A DNA stretch of 42,325 nt from a virus (taxonomy: Duplodnaviria; Caudoviricetes), in IMG/VR virus record IMGVR_UViG_3300037043_000053, positions 1 through 42,325 of that record; one strand, 5' to 3'. Both the position numbers and the translations under genes were made by a program. Positions within the stretch are counted from its first letter, which is position 1, and each line of letters opens with the position of its first letter. Positions 1-10,349 of the stretch are shown piece after piece. The notes beneath the pieces are model-generated. The model did not search any database. It had not been told where the DNA came from and saw only the letters and a program-made list of their open reading frames with translations.

Positions 1-108
1 GTCTTTATTTTTCGGGCGGGGGTATTGGGGGGAGGGGGTACCCCGAGGTGCGGGGGCTGCACCGATACGCAGGGCGCCGGAGTACGTAACCGGCCAGCAT
101 TTATTCAT

Positions 109-128
109 CCGCCTTCGGGCGGTTTTTT
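109..128 (+). terminator. Intrinsic terminator-like hairpin upstream of terS
   Basis: CCGCC-TTCG-GGCGG followed by TTTTTT. Confidence 0.7.
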
Positions 129-146
129 CGTTTACGGAGGTATCCC

Positions 147-695
147 ATGGGCGCGAGAGGACCGAAGCCGCTGCCGGGGAACGTGCATCTGCTGCGCGGG
201 AACGCCTCCAAGAAGCCGTTGGCTCAGCTGCTCGACGAGTTCAAGCCGGAGGTCGAGATCCCGGGGTTCCCGTCCTGGATCTGGCCGGAGGCGAAGAAGG
301 AGTGGAAGCGAGTATCCGTCGAGCTGGAACGCTACGGTCTGATCAGCAAGCTGGATCGCGCCGCCCTGGTGCTGTACTGCCAGGCCTGGGCGAAGATGGT
401 CTGGGCAGAACAGATGCTGTCGCGCGCCATGGCTGATGCCGAGCGCAAGCGGATCGAGGCGGAGGCGCGCGGCGAGGAATACACCGGCGGCGACGGCATG
501 ATGGTGCGCACCGCCAACGGCAATTTCACGTACAGCCATCACTGGGTGGTCGGCAAGCACGCTGCTGCCCAGGTCAAGAGCTACCTCGATTTGTTCGGCC
601 TGTCGCCGTCGGCGCGGGCCAAGGTCAGCACCAGCGACAACCGCCAGGGCCAGCTGTTCGAGGAAGGCACGCCGGACCAGTGGAGCGCCCTGTGA
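147..695 (+). CDS. terS: Terminase small subunit, P27-like family
   Basis: N-term RGPKPLP..HLLRGN, AKKEWKRV, D.AAL..YCQAW and C-term FGLSPSARAKV motifs; GGAGG RBS; directly upstream of terL. Confidence 0.92.
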   Translation: MGARGPKPLPGNVHLLRGNASKKPLAQLLDEFKPEVEIPGFPSWIWPEAKKEWKRVSVELERYGLISKLDRAALVLYCQAWAKMVWAEQMLSRAMADAERKRIEAEARGEEYTGGDGMMVRTANGNFTYSHHWVVGKHAAAQVKSYLDLFGLSPSARAKVSTSDNRQGQLFEEGTPDQWSAL

Positions 696-2407
696 CATCG
701 GCTGCCACCGACTTCGCTGGTATCGCCACCGCCTATGCGCGCGATGTGGTCGAAGGCCGCGTCATCGCTAACAAGTGGCACCGCCTGGCTTGCGCCCGGC
801 ACCTGAAAGACCTGGAGCGCGCTGAGGCCGGCGAGTTCGCCTATGTCTGGAATCCGGAACTGACGGACACCAAGGGCAAGCAGTACTTTCCGGTCGAGCG
901 CATCTGCAAGTTCGCCGAGCTCATGCCGCACATCAAGGGCGACTGGGCGGCCCGTGGCCAGCTGATCAAGCTGGAGCGCTGGCAGGTCTTCATCCTGGCC
1001 AGCATCTTCGGCTGGGGGCACAAGGTCACCGGCAAGCGGCGCTTCCGTGTCGCCGACATCATCGTGCCGCGCAAGAACGCCAAGTCCACGCTGGCCGCCG
1101 TCATCGGCCTGTACATGCTCGCGGTCGATGGCGAGTTCGGCGCTGAGGTCTATTCCGGTGCAACCTCGCAAGACCAGGCGATGGAAGTATTCCGCCCAGC
1201 GCTGCTGATGGCCCGCGCCACGCCGCGCTTCTGTCAGGCCTACGGCATCACGGTCAACGCCTCGAACCTCTCCATCTCGGAGAACAATAGCAAGTTCGAG
1301 CCCGTCATCGGCAAGCCCGGCGACGGCGCCTCGCCCAGCTGTGCCATTGTCGATGAGTACCACGAGCACAAGACGCCGGAGCTGTTCGACACCATGCAGA
1401 CCGGCATGGGCGCCCGCAGCCAGCCGTTGATCCTGGTCATCACCACCGCCGGCGCCGACATCTCCGGCCCGTGCTACCTGCACCAGGTCGAGCTGCAGAA
1501 GATCCTCGAAGGCGCCATGGAAAACGACCAGCGCTTCGGCATCATCTTCACGGTCGACGAAGACGACGACTGGACCAGCGAGGAAGTGCTGCGGAAAGCC
1601 AACCCGAACTTCGGCATTTCGGTTGATGGCGAGTACCTGCAGCTGCAGCAGCGCGACGCCGTTGCTGACCCGCGCAAGCAGAACGTTTTCAAGACCAAGC
1701 ACCTCGACGTCTGGGTCGCCGCCGCCTCGCCCTGGCTGAACCTGCACAACCTGCAGCAGGCCGGAGACCGCGAACTCACCCTGCAGAGCCACGCCTGGGA
1801 CGGCTGCGTCGTCGGTCTCGACCTCGCCAGCAAGCAGGACATCGCCAGCAAGCTCTACCTGCTCTGGCGCGATCTGGACGACGGCCGGCACTACTACGCC
1901 ATCTCCCGCAACTACGTGCCGCAGGCCACCGTCGACAAGCCGGAAAACGCCCACTACCAGGCCTGGGTGCACAGCGGCCACCTGATCGCCACGCCCGGCA
2001 ACATGATCGACCTTGAGCAGATCCAGGAAGAGCTGATTGAAAGCGCCAGCGTCGTCGTCATCCGCGAGGTCGCCAAAGACCCGTGGGGCGGCCACCAGCT
2101 CGGCGCCAACCTGGCCGCCGAAGGCTTCACCGTCGTCGACATCCCGCAACAGGTCCGCTACCTCAGCGACCCGATGAAAGAGATCGACGCCCAGGTCAAC
2201 GCCGGCCGCTTCCACCACGACGGCAACCCCGCCTATGTCTGGATGCTCAGCAACGTCGAGGTGCAGGAAGACCGCAACGAAAACATCTTCCCGCGCAAGT
2301 CGCGGGCCAGCAACAAGATCGACGCGGCCGTGGCCACCATCGTCGCCATGAATCGCGCCCTCGCTGCCGAGGAAGCATCCGTGACACCGGAGATCGTCAT
2401 CCTATGA
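692..2407 (+). CDS. terL: Terminase large subunit
   Basis: Walker A-like VPRKNAKST, Walker B AIVDEYHE, ITTAG, nuclease GLDLAS and KIDAAVA motifs; GTG start overlaps terS stop (ORF open from 680). Confidence 0.96.
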   Translation: MTSAATDFAGIATAYARDVVEGRVIANKWHRLACARHLKDLERAEAGEFAYVWNPELTDTKGKQYFPVERICKFAELMPHIKGDWAARGQLIKLERWQVFILASIFGWGHKVTGKRRFRVADIIVPRKNAKSTLAAVIGLYMLAVDGEFGAEVYSGATSQDQAMEVFRPALLMARATPRFCQAYGITVNASNLSISENNSKFEPVIGKPGDGASPSCAIVDEYHEHKTPELFDTMQTGMGARSQPLILVITTAGADISGPCYLHQVELQKILEGAMENDQRFGIIFTVDEDDDWTSEEVLRKANPNFGISVDGEYLQLQQRDAVADPRKQNVFKTKHLDVWVAAASPWLNLHNLQQAGDRELTLQSHAWDGCVVGLDLASKQDIASKLYLLWRDLDDGRHYYAISRNYVPQATVDKPENAHYQAWVHSGHLIATPGNMIDLEQIQEELIESASVVVIREVAKDPWGGHQLGANLAAEGFTVVDIPQQVRYLSDPMKEIDAQVNAGRFHHDGNPAYVWMLSNVEVQEDRNENIFPRKSRASNKIDAAVATIVAMNRALAAEEASVTPEIVIL

Positions 2408-3744
2408 ACGCACCCGCCACTTGGTACAACGCCGAGCGCGTCGCCCAGCACGGCAGCACGATCCTGACCGCCTGGCGTGCCGAGCGGGAAGCCTCGCGCG
2501 CCGGTATCCAGGCCTCGACGCCGATCAGCGAGATCGTGCCCGGAACGGCCATGTACGACATCATGACCGGCAACTACGGCGACACCGGCGCCGGCATGCC
2601 GGTCACCGAGCAGACCGTGATGGCTATCGGTGCCGTCTATGCCTGCGTCAGCATCATCGGCGGCGCCCTGGCTGCGCTGCCGTTCCACCTGTTCAAGCGG
2701 GTGGAAGGCGGGCGCGAGCGCTTCGATTCGGATCTGTGGTGGTTGTTCAACGAGTCGCCGCACCCGAACTGGACGGCGGCCAGCGCCTGGTCGTTCGCCG
2801 CGCAGTCCATTGCGCTCAAGGGGGATGGGTTCTGGCGCATCCATCGCCGCGCCGGCAACTCGCAAAAAATCGAAGATATTCGCAGCTTCGAGCCATACCA
2901 CCCGGATCGCGTCTCTATCGTCGAGGGCAATGGCCTGCGCGCCTACCGCGTTATCAACACCGATGGCACGGTCGAGAATGTCAACACGGAAGACATGCTG
3001 CACTTCCCCGGCATCGGCTACGACGGCAAGCGCAGCATCACCCCAATCCGCGCCGCCCTGCGTCCGGCCGGCGGTATCGCCCTGGCTGCCGATGAATACG
3101 CCGGAAGCTTCTTCCGCAATGGCGCCCGCCCCGATTTCGCCCTCAAAACCCCCGGCAAGCTCAGCGATGATGCCGCCAAGCTCCTGCGCAGCACCTGGGC
3201 GCAGCGCCACGGCGGCGCCAGCAATGCCCACCTTCCGGCCATCCTTACCGGTGGCCTGGACGTGCAGCAGCTCACCATGTCTGCCGAGGATGCCCAGTTG
3301 CTGGCCACCCGGCAATTCCAGGTGCAGGACATCGCCCGAATCTTCGGTGTGCCGGCGCACATGATCGGCTACACCGAAAAGTCGACCAGCTGGGGCAGCG
3401 GCATTGAGCAGATGTCCATCGGCTTCGTCCGCTACACCCTGCGCCGCTACATCGATGCCATGGCCCAGGAGATCAACCGCAAAATCTGGCCGCGCTCGCG
3501 CATCTACTTCGGCGAGTTCAACGCCGACGCGCTGCTCGACGGCGACAGCAAGGCCCAGGCCGACTACTTCGGCAAGGCCCTTGGCGGCCCCGGCACGCAA
3601 GGCTGGATGACCATCAACGAAGTCCGCCGCCTCAAGAACCTCAAGCCCGTCGTCGGCGGCGACAAGCTCATTTTTGCCGGCGCAGCGCCGGCACCCCAAC
3701 CGGAGGAAGACGATGCACCCGATGCAGAAACTGCTGATCAGTAA
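2404..3744 (+). CDS. Portal protein, HK97 family
   Basis: AVYACVSII, FFRNGARP, DAQLLATRQFQVQDIARIFGVP, MTINEVR motifs; ATG overlaps terL stop. Confidence 0.95.
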   Translation: MNAPATWYNAERVAQHGSTILTAWRAEREASRAGIQASTPISEIVPGTAMYDIMTGNYGDTGAGMPVTEQTVMAIGAVYACVSIIGGALAALPFHLFKRVEGGRERFDSDLWWLFNESPHPNWTAASAWSFAAQSIALKGDGFWRIHRRAGNSQKIEDIRSFEPYHPDRVSIVEGNGLRAYRVINTDGTVENVNTEDMLHFPGIGYDGKRSITPIRAALRPAGGIALAADEYAGSFFRNGARPDFALKTPGKLSDDAAKLLRSTWAQRHGGASNAHLPAILTGGLDVQQLTMSAEDAQLLATRQFQVQDIARIFGVPAHMIGYTEKSTSWGSGIEQMSIGFVRYTLRRYIDAMAQEINRKIWPRSRIYFGEFNADALLDGDSKAQADYFGKALGGPGTQGWMTINEVRRLKNLKPVVGGDKLIFAGAAPAPQPEEDDAPDAETADQ

Positions 3745-4465
3745 CCGCCAGCGGGGTCGGTTCGACGTCGTTGCCAAAGCCGGCGACGAAGAAGCCACCA
3801 TCTACCTCTACGACATGATCGTCAGCACCGACGAAGAAGCCGAATGGTGGGGCGGCGTCAGCCCGCAATCCTTCATCAAGGCGCTCAACGAGATCACCGC
3901 CGCCACCATCCACCTGCGCGTCAATTCGCCCGGCGGCTCCGTCTTCGCCGCCCGCGCCATCGAGCAAGCCATCCGCGAGCACAAGAGCACCATCATCGTG
4001 CACGTCGACGGCCTCGCCGCCAGCGCTGCCAGCTTCCTCATCATGGCCGCCGACGAAATCCACATGGCGCCCGGCAGCTTTTTGATGATCCACAAGGCCT
4101 GGACGTGGATGTACGGCAACGCCGACGACCTGCGCAAGGAAGCCGGCCTGCTCGACCAGATCGACGTCAGCCTGGCCAAGACCTACGCCACCCGCAGCGG
4201 TCAGGACGAAGCAGCCATCGTCGGCTGGCTCGCCGATGAAACCTGGATCGAAGCAAGCCGCGCCGTCGAGCTCGGCCTGGCCGACAAGGTCGCCGAAGAG
4301 AAAGCCAAGGCCAAGGCCAGCGACTGGGATCTATCCGCCTACCAGCACGCCCCGGCCCAGGCCAGCGCACCCGCAACCCCCGCACCAGAAACCGAAACCC
4401 CGGCTCAAGAAGTCGACCGCGATGCCCTGCACCGCGCCGTCCTCAAGGCCCTGATCCCCGCCTGA
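3713..4465 (+). CDS. ClpP-type prohead maturation protease
   Basis: RVNSPGGSVF, DGLAASAAS, LMIHKAW, ETW motifs; between portal and capsid. Confidence 0.93.
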   Translation: MHPMQKLLISNRQRGRFDVVAKAGDEEATIYLYDMIVSTDEEAEWWGGVSPQSFIKALNEITAATIHLRVNSPGGSVFAARAIEQAIREHKSTIIVHVDGLAASAASFLIMAADEIHMAPGSFLMIHKAWTWMYGNADDLRKEAGLLDQIDVSLAKTYATRSGQDEAAIVGWLADETWIEASRAVELGLADKVAEEKAKAKASDWDLSAYQHAPAQASAPATPAPETETPAQEVDRDALHRAVLKALIPA

Positions 4466-4488
4466 CGCTCACGCGACTGGCACACCCG

Positions 4489-4511
4489 GCCGCCCTTGGG
4501 CGGCTTTTTTT
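4489..4511 (+). terminator. Hairpin plus T-run upstream of the major capsid gene
   Basis: GCCGCC-CTTG-GGCGGC-TTTTTTT. Confidence 0.6.
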
Positions 4512-4524
4512 ATGGAGCAGCAAA

Positions 4525-5793
4525 ATGAAGAACCTTCAAGCCCTGCGTGAGCGCCGCGACCAACTGGCGCAAACCCTGACCAACCTGGTCGACAAGGACA
4601 AGACCCCCAAGTGGGAAGCCTCCCACCAAGCCCAGTACGACCAGGCCATGGCCGAAATCGGCGACATTGACGGCCAGATCAAGCGCCACAACGACGCCGT
4701 CGCCGCCATCGGCGCCGGCATCGGCGGCGACGAATCCCTGCGCGAGCAATTCACCCGCACGCCGGGTGCCCACGGTGCCGAGTCCGGCGCCCTGCGCAAC
4801 TACCTGCAAGGCGGCCTGATGGCCCTGCAGCCGGAGCAACTGCACGCCATGCGCGCCCGCCAGTCCGGCGACATCGCCAACGCCATGCGCCTGCCGCAAG
4901 CTGCCATGTCGACGACCACCCCGGCAGAAGGCGGATTCACCGTCGCCACCGAGTACTACCGCCAGCTGGCTGAGGCACAGAAGGCCTTCGGCGGCATCCG
5001 TGCGGTCGCCACCATCCTCCCGACCGGTACCGGCGCCCAGATGAACTTCCCGACCGCCGACGCCACGTCGGAGGAAGGTGAAATCGTCGGCCAGAACGCC
5101 GCCTCCAACCTGGGCGAAACCACCTTTAACAATCTGGCCCTGGACGTCTACAAGTACTCGTCCAAGAAAATCGCCGTGCCTTTCGAGCTGATCCAGGATT
5201 CGATGTTCGACATCGAGGGCTACATCAACAGCCTGCTCGCCGTCCGTCTCGGTCGCATCACCAGCAAGCACTTCACTACCGGCACCGGCTCCAGCCAGCC
5301 GCGCGGCATCGTCACTGGCTCCAGTGTTGGCAAGACCGGCGCCACCACGCAGACCCTGACCGTGACCTATGACGATCTGGTCGATCTTGAGCACTCCGTT
5401 GATCCGATTTACCGCGCCTCGCCGAAGTGCGGTTTCATGATGCACGACAGCTCGCTCAAGGTCATCCGCAAACTCAAGGACACCCAGGGCCGCCCGATCT
5501 TCGTTCCGGGCTACGAGCAAGGCAACCCCGGCGGTGCGCCTGATCGCCTGCTCGGCCGGCCGATCTACATCAGCCAGGAAATGCCGGTAATGGGCGCCAA
5601 CGCCAAGTCCATCCTGTTCGGTGATTTCAGCCGCTACATGATCCGCGAAGTCATGGACCTGACCCTGTTCCGCATGGCTGACAGCGCCTTCATCCTCAAC
5701 GGCCAGATCGGCTTCGTCGCCTTCAACCGCCAGGGCGGCAACCTGATCGACGTCGGCGGTGCCGTCAAGCACTACGCCAACTCCGCCACCTAA
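4525..5793 (+). CDS. Major capsid protein, HK97 fold, with N-terminal coiled-coil delta domain
   Basis: EGGFTV, ELIQDS, GTGSSQPRGI, KLKDTQGRP, LLGRP, FGDFS motifs. Confidence 0.96.
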   Translation: MKNLQALRERRDQLAQTLTNLVDKDKTPKWEASHQAQYDQAMAEIGDIDGQIKRHNDAVAAIGAGIGGDESLREQFTRTPGAHGAESGALRNYLQGGLMALQPEQLHAMRARQSGDIANAMRLPQAAMSTTTPAEGGFTVATEYYRQLAEAQKAFGGIRAVATILPTGTGAQMNFPTADATSEEGEIVGQNAASNLGETTFNNLALDVYKYSSKKIAVPFELIQDSMFDIEGYINSLLAVRLGRITSKHFTTGTGSSQPRGIVTGSSVGKTGATTQTLTVTYDDLVDLEHSVDPIYRASPKCGFMMHDSSLKVIRKLKDTQGRPIFVPGYEQGNPGGAPDRLLGRPIYISQEMPVMGANAKSILFGDFSRYMIREVMDLTLFRMADSAFILNGQIGFVAFNRQGGNLIDVGGAVKHYANSAT

Positions 5794-5849
5794 CCGGCAT
5801 CTTTCCCGAAACGCCGGCCCCGCCCGTCGGGGTCGGCCTGGAGAACGCA

Positions 5850-6119
5850 ATGGGAACCAAAGTCCGCATCCTCACCGCCGTCGTCCTCGACGGCATCCGC
5901 TACCAGCCCGACCAGGTCGTCGATCTGCCGTCCGCCACTGCCAAAGCCCAGCAAGCCGCCGGCGCCGTCGATCCGCACAAGGACGCCGTCGCCTTCTGCG
6001 AAAAGGTGCTCGGCGCCGAAGTCGTGGTGCACAAGGCCCCGGCAAAGGAAGCCGCCGCGCCGTCCGAATCCACCGATGAAACCGCTGGCCAGGCCGGCGG
6101 CGAATCGCCCCAGGAGTAA
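5850..6119 (+). CDS. Small head-associated hypothetical protein
   Basis: GGAG RBS; typical small gene after the capsid gene. Confidence 0.75.
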   Translation: MGTKVRILTAVVLDGIRYQPDQVVDLPSATAKAQQAAGAVDPHKDAVAFCEKVLGAEVVVHKAPAKEAAAPSESTDETAGQAGGESPQE

Positions 6120-6122
6120 GCC

Positions 6123-6629
6123 ATGAAACTCACCCGCCTCATCCTCGCCACCCTGGCGCTGGCCATCTCGGCCATCCTGCCGGCCCAAGCCGGCGCCCTC
6201 ACCGACTACGCCGAAAACAAGCTGGTCGATTCCCTGCTGCGCGGCCAGGCCATCGGCGCCCCGGCCACGTTCTACATGGGCCTCTCCACGGCCACCTGCA
6301 CCGACTCCAGTGCCGGCACCGAGCCGAGCGGCAACGCCTACGCCCGCGTCGCGGTAACGTCCTCGCTCGCCAACTGGGCCGGCACCCAAGCCGCCGCCAG
6401 CACCACGGCGTCAAGCGGCACCGGCGGCACGACGAGCAACAACAACGCCATCACCTGGACGGCCAGTAGCGGCAGCTGGGGCACCCTACAGAGCGTGCGG
6501 CTGTTCGATGCGAGCAGCGGCGGCAACAGCTGGATCTGCATCAACCTGACGGCGCCGCTCAACGTCTCAGGCGCGGGGTTCACGGTGTCGTTCCCGGCCA
6601 CGTCGCTGACCTTCCAGGTCGATAACTGA
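6123..6629 (+). CDS. Phage structural-like protein (LTDYAENKL...YARVAV type) with N-terminal signal-peptide-like leader
   Basis: MKLTR + hydrophobic stretch + AQA motif; mature part resembles small beta-rich virion proteins. Confidence 0.7.
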   Translation: MKLTRLILATLALAISAILPAQAGALTDYAENKLVDSLLRGQAIGAPATFYMGLSTATCTDSSAGTEPSGNAYARVAVTSSLANWAGTQAAASTTASSGTGGTTSNNNAITWTASSGSWGTLQSVRLFDASSGGNSWICINLTAPLNVSGAGFTVSFPATSLTFQVDN

Positions 6630-6631
6630 CC

Positions 6632-7018
6632 ATGAAAAAATCCCTCATCGCCCTGGCTGTTGCCGCTCTCCTGAGCGCCTGCAGCACCGCTCCGGCCGTG
6701 CCCTTGCAGGCCACCGCCAGCAGCAGCGTCACCGGCTTCGCCACCCTGGCCCTGTGGGGCACCTGGGAGAGCGAGCTGGCGCCGGCTTATACCCGCCTCG
6801 CCGTGCTGCGCCACCGCGCCGCCCGCGCCCTGCAGGACGGCCGGATAGCCGTGGCCACGGCTATCGAGATCCAGGCCAGCGCCGACCAGGCACGGGCCAA
6901 GCTCGACGCCTCGCGCCGCGGCCACGCCACCGAACCGACCGCCGACCAGCGCATGCTGCTGGTCGAGGCCCGCCATCTGATCTACCGCGCCGAGCAGCGC
7001 CTGGAGAACAACCAATGA
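6632..7018 (+). CDS. Putative lipoprotein
   Basis: MKKSLIALAVAALLSAC: basic N-term, hydrophobic core, lipobox LSAC. Confidence 0.75.
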   Translation: MKKSLIALAVAALLSACSTAPAVPLQATASSSVTGFATLALWGTWESELAPAYTRLAVLRHRAARALQDGRIAVATAIEIQASADQARAKLDASRRGHATEPTADQRMLLVEARHLIYRAEQRLENNQ

Positions 7019-7185
7019 CCCCCGAACAAGCCCGCGCCCTGGCGCAACAGCTCAACGACGCCGCCGACCAGGCGGAAGCCGAAGGCCGCGACCTGGTCGA
7101 GGCGGATCTGGATCGCTTTGCCACGCTGGACGACGTTGCCCGGGAGACGCTGGCCGCCGCCATCGAATCCGCCCAGGGCCGGTAA
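7015..7185 (+). CDS. Small acidic hypothetical protein (MTPEQARALAQQL...)
   Basis: ATGA overlap with upstream gene, GGAG RBS. Confidence 0.65.
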   Translation: MTPEQARALAQQLNDAADQAEAEGRDLVEADLDRFATLDDVARETLAAAIESAQGR

Positions 7186-7193
7186 GCACGCCC

Positions 7194-8504
7194 ATGGCCA
7201 CCCCGACCGACGACAGCTACAGCTGCCCGTTGAATGGGGTGGTGTCGGCTGGGCGCTATCGTGTCTGGTCTTCCGCTAATTCGCCAGGAAGCTACGACTC
7301 AGGGTCGGATACATGGGTTCCGGGGCGCGGCGCTGATGGCCGTGTATCGTGGGCAAGCTGGTCGCTCGTTCCTGCTGGTCGATGGGTCAATGTCGCCGGC
7401 ACGCGAATGGATGCGCTTGATTCAGTGGTCAAGGCCGCGCTGCCAGGGTGGTCCGATAGGGGGAATTCTGGATGGGACGGTGTGACCGGCGGCTGGTCTG
7501 GCATGGCGCTGGACAAGTACACGGACCGACCAAGAGCGTGGTTACTCGGCGGCGGTCATCACGACTCCAGCAACAACGGATTGTATCGGTTTGATGTTCC
7601 CCGGATGGGATGGTCTGTCGAGATCATGCCGACGGACCTGACCGGGTGCGACGCTCGATATACAACAGCAGGTACGGCGACTTTTACAAACTACCCTGCG
7701 GCAAATGATTATAAGATCGCCAATCCTAACCAGTCGCTGATCTACCACGACGAGCTTTACTCGTTTGCCGAAAACGCTCCGACAGCCCGGCACACTTACG
7801 CATCGCTTGTTTTTGACCCTGTAAACAACCGCGTGATAACCGGCGCTGGTCGCCTGTGGATGGCTGACCTGATTTCCGGTTCCTGGTCAAAGCGCACGCC
7901 GTTTGACACCAACGTCGGCAGTTATGCACCACTGACTGGGTACGCGCTCGAAAATACCGCTGGGTTCCTGCATGGCCGAAAATACATAATCCTCGGTTCC
8001 CAAGCCGGGAACATGGCGCAGGCGTGGGAATACGACATCGACGCCGCGACATTCGCGTGGCGCACCGGCATGGCTGGCGGCTACCTGCTAGCTAAGTCGC
8101 AGTCGTGCCAGTGGGGCGACACGGTGTGGCTCTTCCACCCGTCGTTCGAAGGAACGAATCGCTTTGTCACGATGAATCTTGAGACTAAAACCAAGGTTGA
8201 ATCGACGCTATCGGCCAGCGATGCGCTAACAGATGTTATGCGCGTTGATTACGACGGTGGCGGAATGACGTATCTGCCGACCATCGGCAAGCTGCTGTTG
8301 GCGACGAAATCGGTCAGCTTGCAAAAGCTGCGGCTGTATCTGATTGATCCTGTTTCTCTGACCATTGATTTTTACACGCCGCAAGGGAATTGGCCGTCGT
8401 CTCCGCACGACATTGTGGAATCAAAAATTCAGTGGGTGCCGCAGATCAGCGCGGTGATGTACATCAATAAAGCGTCCGACGACGTTCGCATTCTGAGGCT
8501 CTAA
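7194..8504 (+). CDS. Putative beta-propeller/Kelch-like virion or receptor-binding protein
   Basis: 436 aa; GGGH.DS, ARHTY, W.YD motifs and Trp/Gly-rich repeats; visibly more AT-rich than flanks. Confidence 0.6.
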   Translation: MATPTDDSYSCPLNGVVSAGRYRVWSSANSPGSYDSGSDTWVPGRGADGRVSWASWSLVPAGRWVNVAGTRMDALDSVVKAALPGWSDRGNSGWDGVTGGWSGMALDKYTDRPRAWLLGGGHHDSSNNGLYRFDVPRMGWSVEIMPTDLTGCDARYTTAGTATFTNYPAANDYKIANPNQSLIYHDELYSFAENAPTARHTYASLVFDPVNNRVITGAGRLWMADLISGSWSKRTPFDTNVGSYAPLTGYALENTAGFLHGRKYIILGSQAGNMAQAWEYDIDAATFAWRTGMAGGYLLAKSQSCQWGDTVWLFHPSFEGTNRFVTMNLETKTKVESTLSASDALTDVMRVDYDGGGMTYLPTIGKLLLATKSVSLQKLRLYLIDPVSLTIDFYTPQGNWPSSPHDIVESKIQWVPQISAVMYINKASDDVRILRL

Positions 8505-9848
8505 ATGGCAAATATTTACGTTAAATCCGGTGCTGGTAATGCTAGCCCGTTCGCTAGCTGGGCAAACGGGGCAATCACTCTGGCCGGCGCTGCTGGAGTG
8601 GATGCTGCAGGAGACACGATTTACGTTAGCCAGGCCCATGCGGAATCAAGCGCGTCGGCACAGACTATTGCGCTGGCAGGGACGACGGCCAGCCCGTCGC
8701 GCGTAATCTGCGCCAGCGACGCCGCCGAACCACCGGCAGAAGTGGCAACAGGTGCGATTATCCAGACAACTGGAGCATCGGCAATTATCATTAACGGGTC
8801 AGGGTATTTATACGGCCTTGAACTGATCTGCGGAAGTGGTGGCACGTCAGCCAATATCGTTTGCGGAAATACAGTAGCAGGCTATGAAAATCAGCAATGG
8901 GAAAACTGCACTTTTGAGCTAGGCACGACAGCTACTACGTCGCTCATTATTTCAGGCGCCGGCAACGCTTCCACGTCGAATAAAAACGTATTCAAAAACT
9001 GTACATTTAAGTTCGGGCGCGCGGACTATCAATCGTTAGCCCTCCAAGCATGGACAGAGATTTATGGCGGCGCAGTATATCGGGCAGACTACGGCGGCGT
9101 GGCCGGTCGCGTTTTCACGCCGTTTGGAGGCAGTGGTGAAGGCTGTGGCGGTTTTGTCGATGGCATTGACCTGAGCGGGCTTCTTGGCACGGTAAATATT
9201 TGTCGCTTTCTCGCCGGCACCAGCAACAACGGGCTGTTCACGATCCGCAATTCAAAGCTTCCTGCCGGATGGTCTGGAAAGCTTGTTGATACAGCTATAA
9301 CGCAGGCCGGCATCAAGGCGCAGATGCAGAACTGCACGGCGGGGTCGACTCTGTATCGCCTATGGAATGAGGATGTAGCAGGGTCTGTTCGTGACGAAAA
9401 CACGGTGGTCAGAACCGGCGGCGCGAATGATGGCGCTGCGTACAGTTTCAAGCTGGTCTCGTCTGCGAACTGCTCATATCCGCTGACGCCGCTGGAAACG
9501 CCGGAGTTCTCGCAGTACAACACCATCACCGGCGAAATCACGGAAATTGTCGAAATCGTCACCGACTCTGCCACGCCGTTGAAGGATGACGAAATATGGC
9601 TAGAAGTGTCATATCCCGGCGCGTCCGGCCGAGTGATCGTAACCGATGCGAAAGCTTCCGTCCTCGCCACTGCTGCCGATCAGGCATCTAGCTCTGCTGA
9701 CTGGACGACGACCGGGCTATCGACGCCGCTCAAGCAAAAACTGAGCGTGACATTTACGCCGGGTGCTGCCGGCTGGCTTCATGCCAAGGTCAAGCTTGCA
9801 AAACCATCGACTAATTGTTTCGTTGACCCAAAGATGACGAGATCCTAA
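8505..9848 (+). CDS. Putative beta-helix-like virion accessory protein
   Basis: 447 aa; AGDTIYV motif, repeated NCTF; abuts neighbours. Confidence 0.6.
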   Translation: MANIYVKSGAGNASPFASWANGAITLAGAAGVDAAGDTIYVSQAHAESSASAQTIALAGTTASPSRVICASDAAEPPAEVATGAIIQTTGASAIIINGSGYLYGLELICGSGGTSANIVCGNTVAGYENQQWENCTFELGTTATTSLIISGAGNASTSNKNVFKNCTFKFGRADYQSLALQAWTEIYGGAVYRADYGGVAGRVFTPFGGSGEGCGGFVDGIDLSGLLGTVNICRFLAGTSNNGLFTIRNSKLPAGWSGKLVDTAITQAGIKAQMQNCTAGSTLYRLWNEDVAGSVRDENTVVRTGGANDGAAYSFKLVSSANCSYPLTPLETPEFSQYNTITGEITEIVEIVTDSATPLKDDEIWLEVSYPGASGRVIVTDAKASVLATAADQASSSADWTTTGLSTPLKQKLSVTFTPGAAGWLHAKVKLAKPSTNCFVDPKMTRS

Positions 9849-10349
9849 ATGGCACAGCGTCTAATCCCCGGCGCTGGTTTTGTCGATGACGAAGGTGTTA
9901 CCGGCCAGCGGCTCGTTCCTGGAGTTGGGTTTGTGGATTTCGGCGAAGCGGGTACCGGTGGCGGCACCCTCGACGCCGCCGCATCCGGCACGGCCACCGC
10001 CTCCGGCACGGCCAACGCCTCCTACGATGGCCCCACCATCGCAGATGCCGCCGCCTCGGGCGCGGCCGTCGCCTCGGGCACGGCCAATGCCGAGCTGCAG
10101 ATGCCGACGGTCACGTCCGAGCAGCTGTACGACAACGTCCCCAACCTCCTGGCCAATGAGCCGCTGACCTATGTGGCCGTCTATCACCCGGACACCGGCG
10201 CCCTGGTCGTGCGCAAAACCGGCCTCAGCACCGACGCCACTGGCCGCTATACATTCACCGACCCGGCCCTCTCCCTGGGCGTGAATTATCTGCACGACTG
10301 GCTGACGGTATCCGGCCACCGCCGCATGCCGGTCAAGGCGGCTGCATGA
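9849..10349 (+). CDS. Hypothetical virion protein with internal repeats
   Basis: QRL.PG.GFVD twice; DAAASG.A.ASGTANA twice. Confidence 0.7.
   Translation: MAQRLIPGAGFVDDEGVTGQRLVPGVGFVDFGEAGTGGGTLDAAASGTATASGTANASYDGPTIADAAASGAAVASGTANAELQMPTVTSEQLYDNVPNLLANEPLTYVAVYHPDTGALVVRKTGLSTDATGRYTFTDPALSLGVNYLHDWLTVSGHRRMPVKAAA

Noticed and set aside
581-5850. Long minus-strand ORFs (581-2218, 2233-3801, 4510-5850)
   Set aside because: Antisense shadows of terL, portal and capsid, typical of high-GC coding DNA; no recognisable motifs
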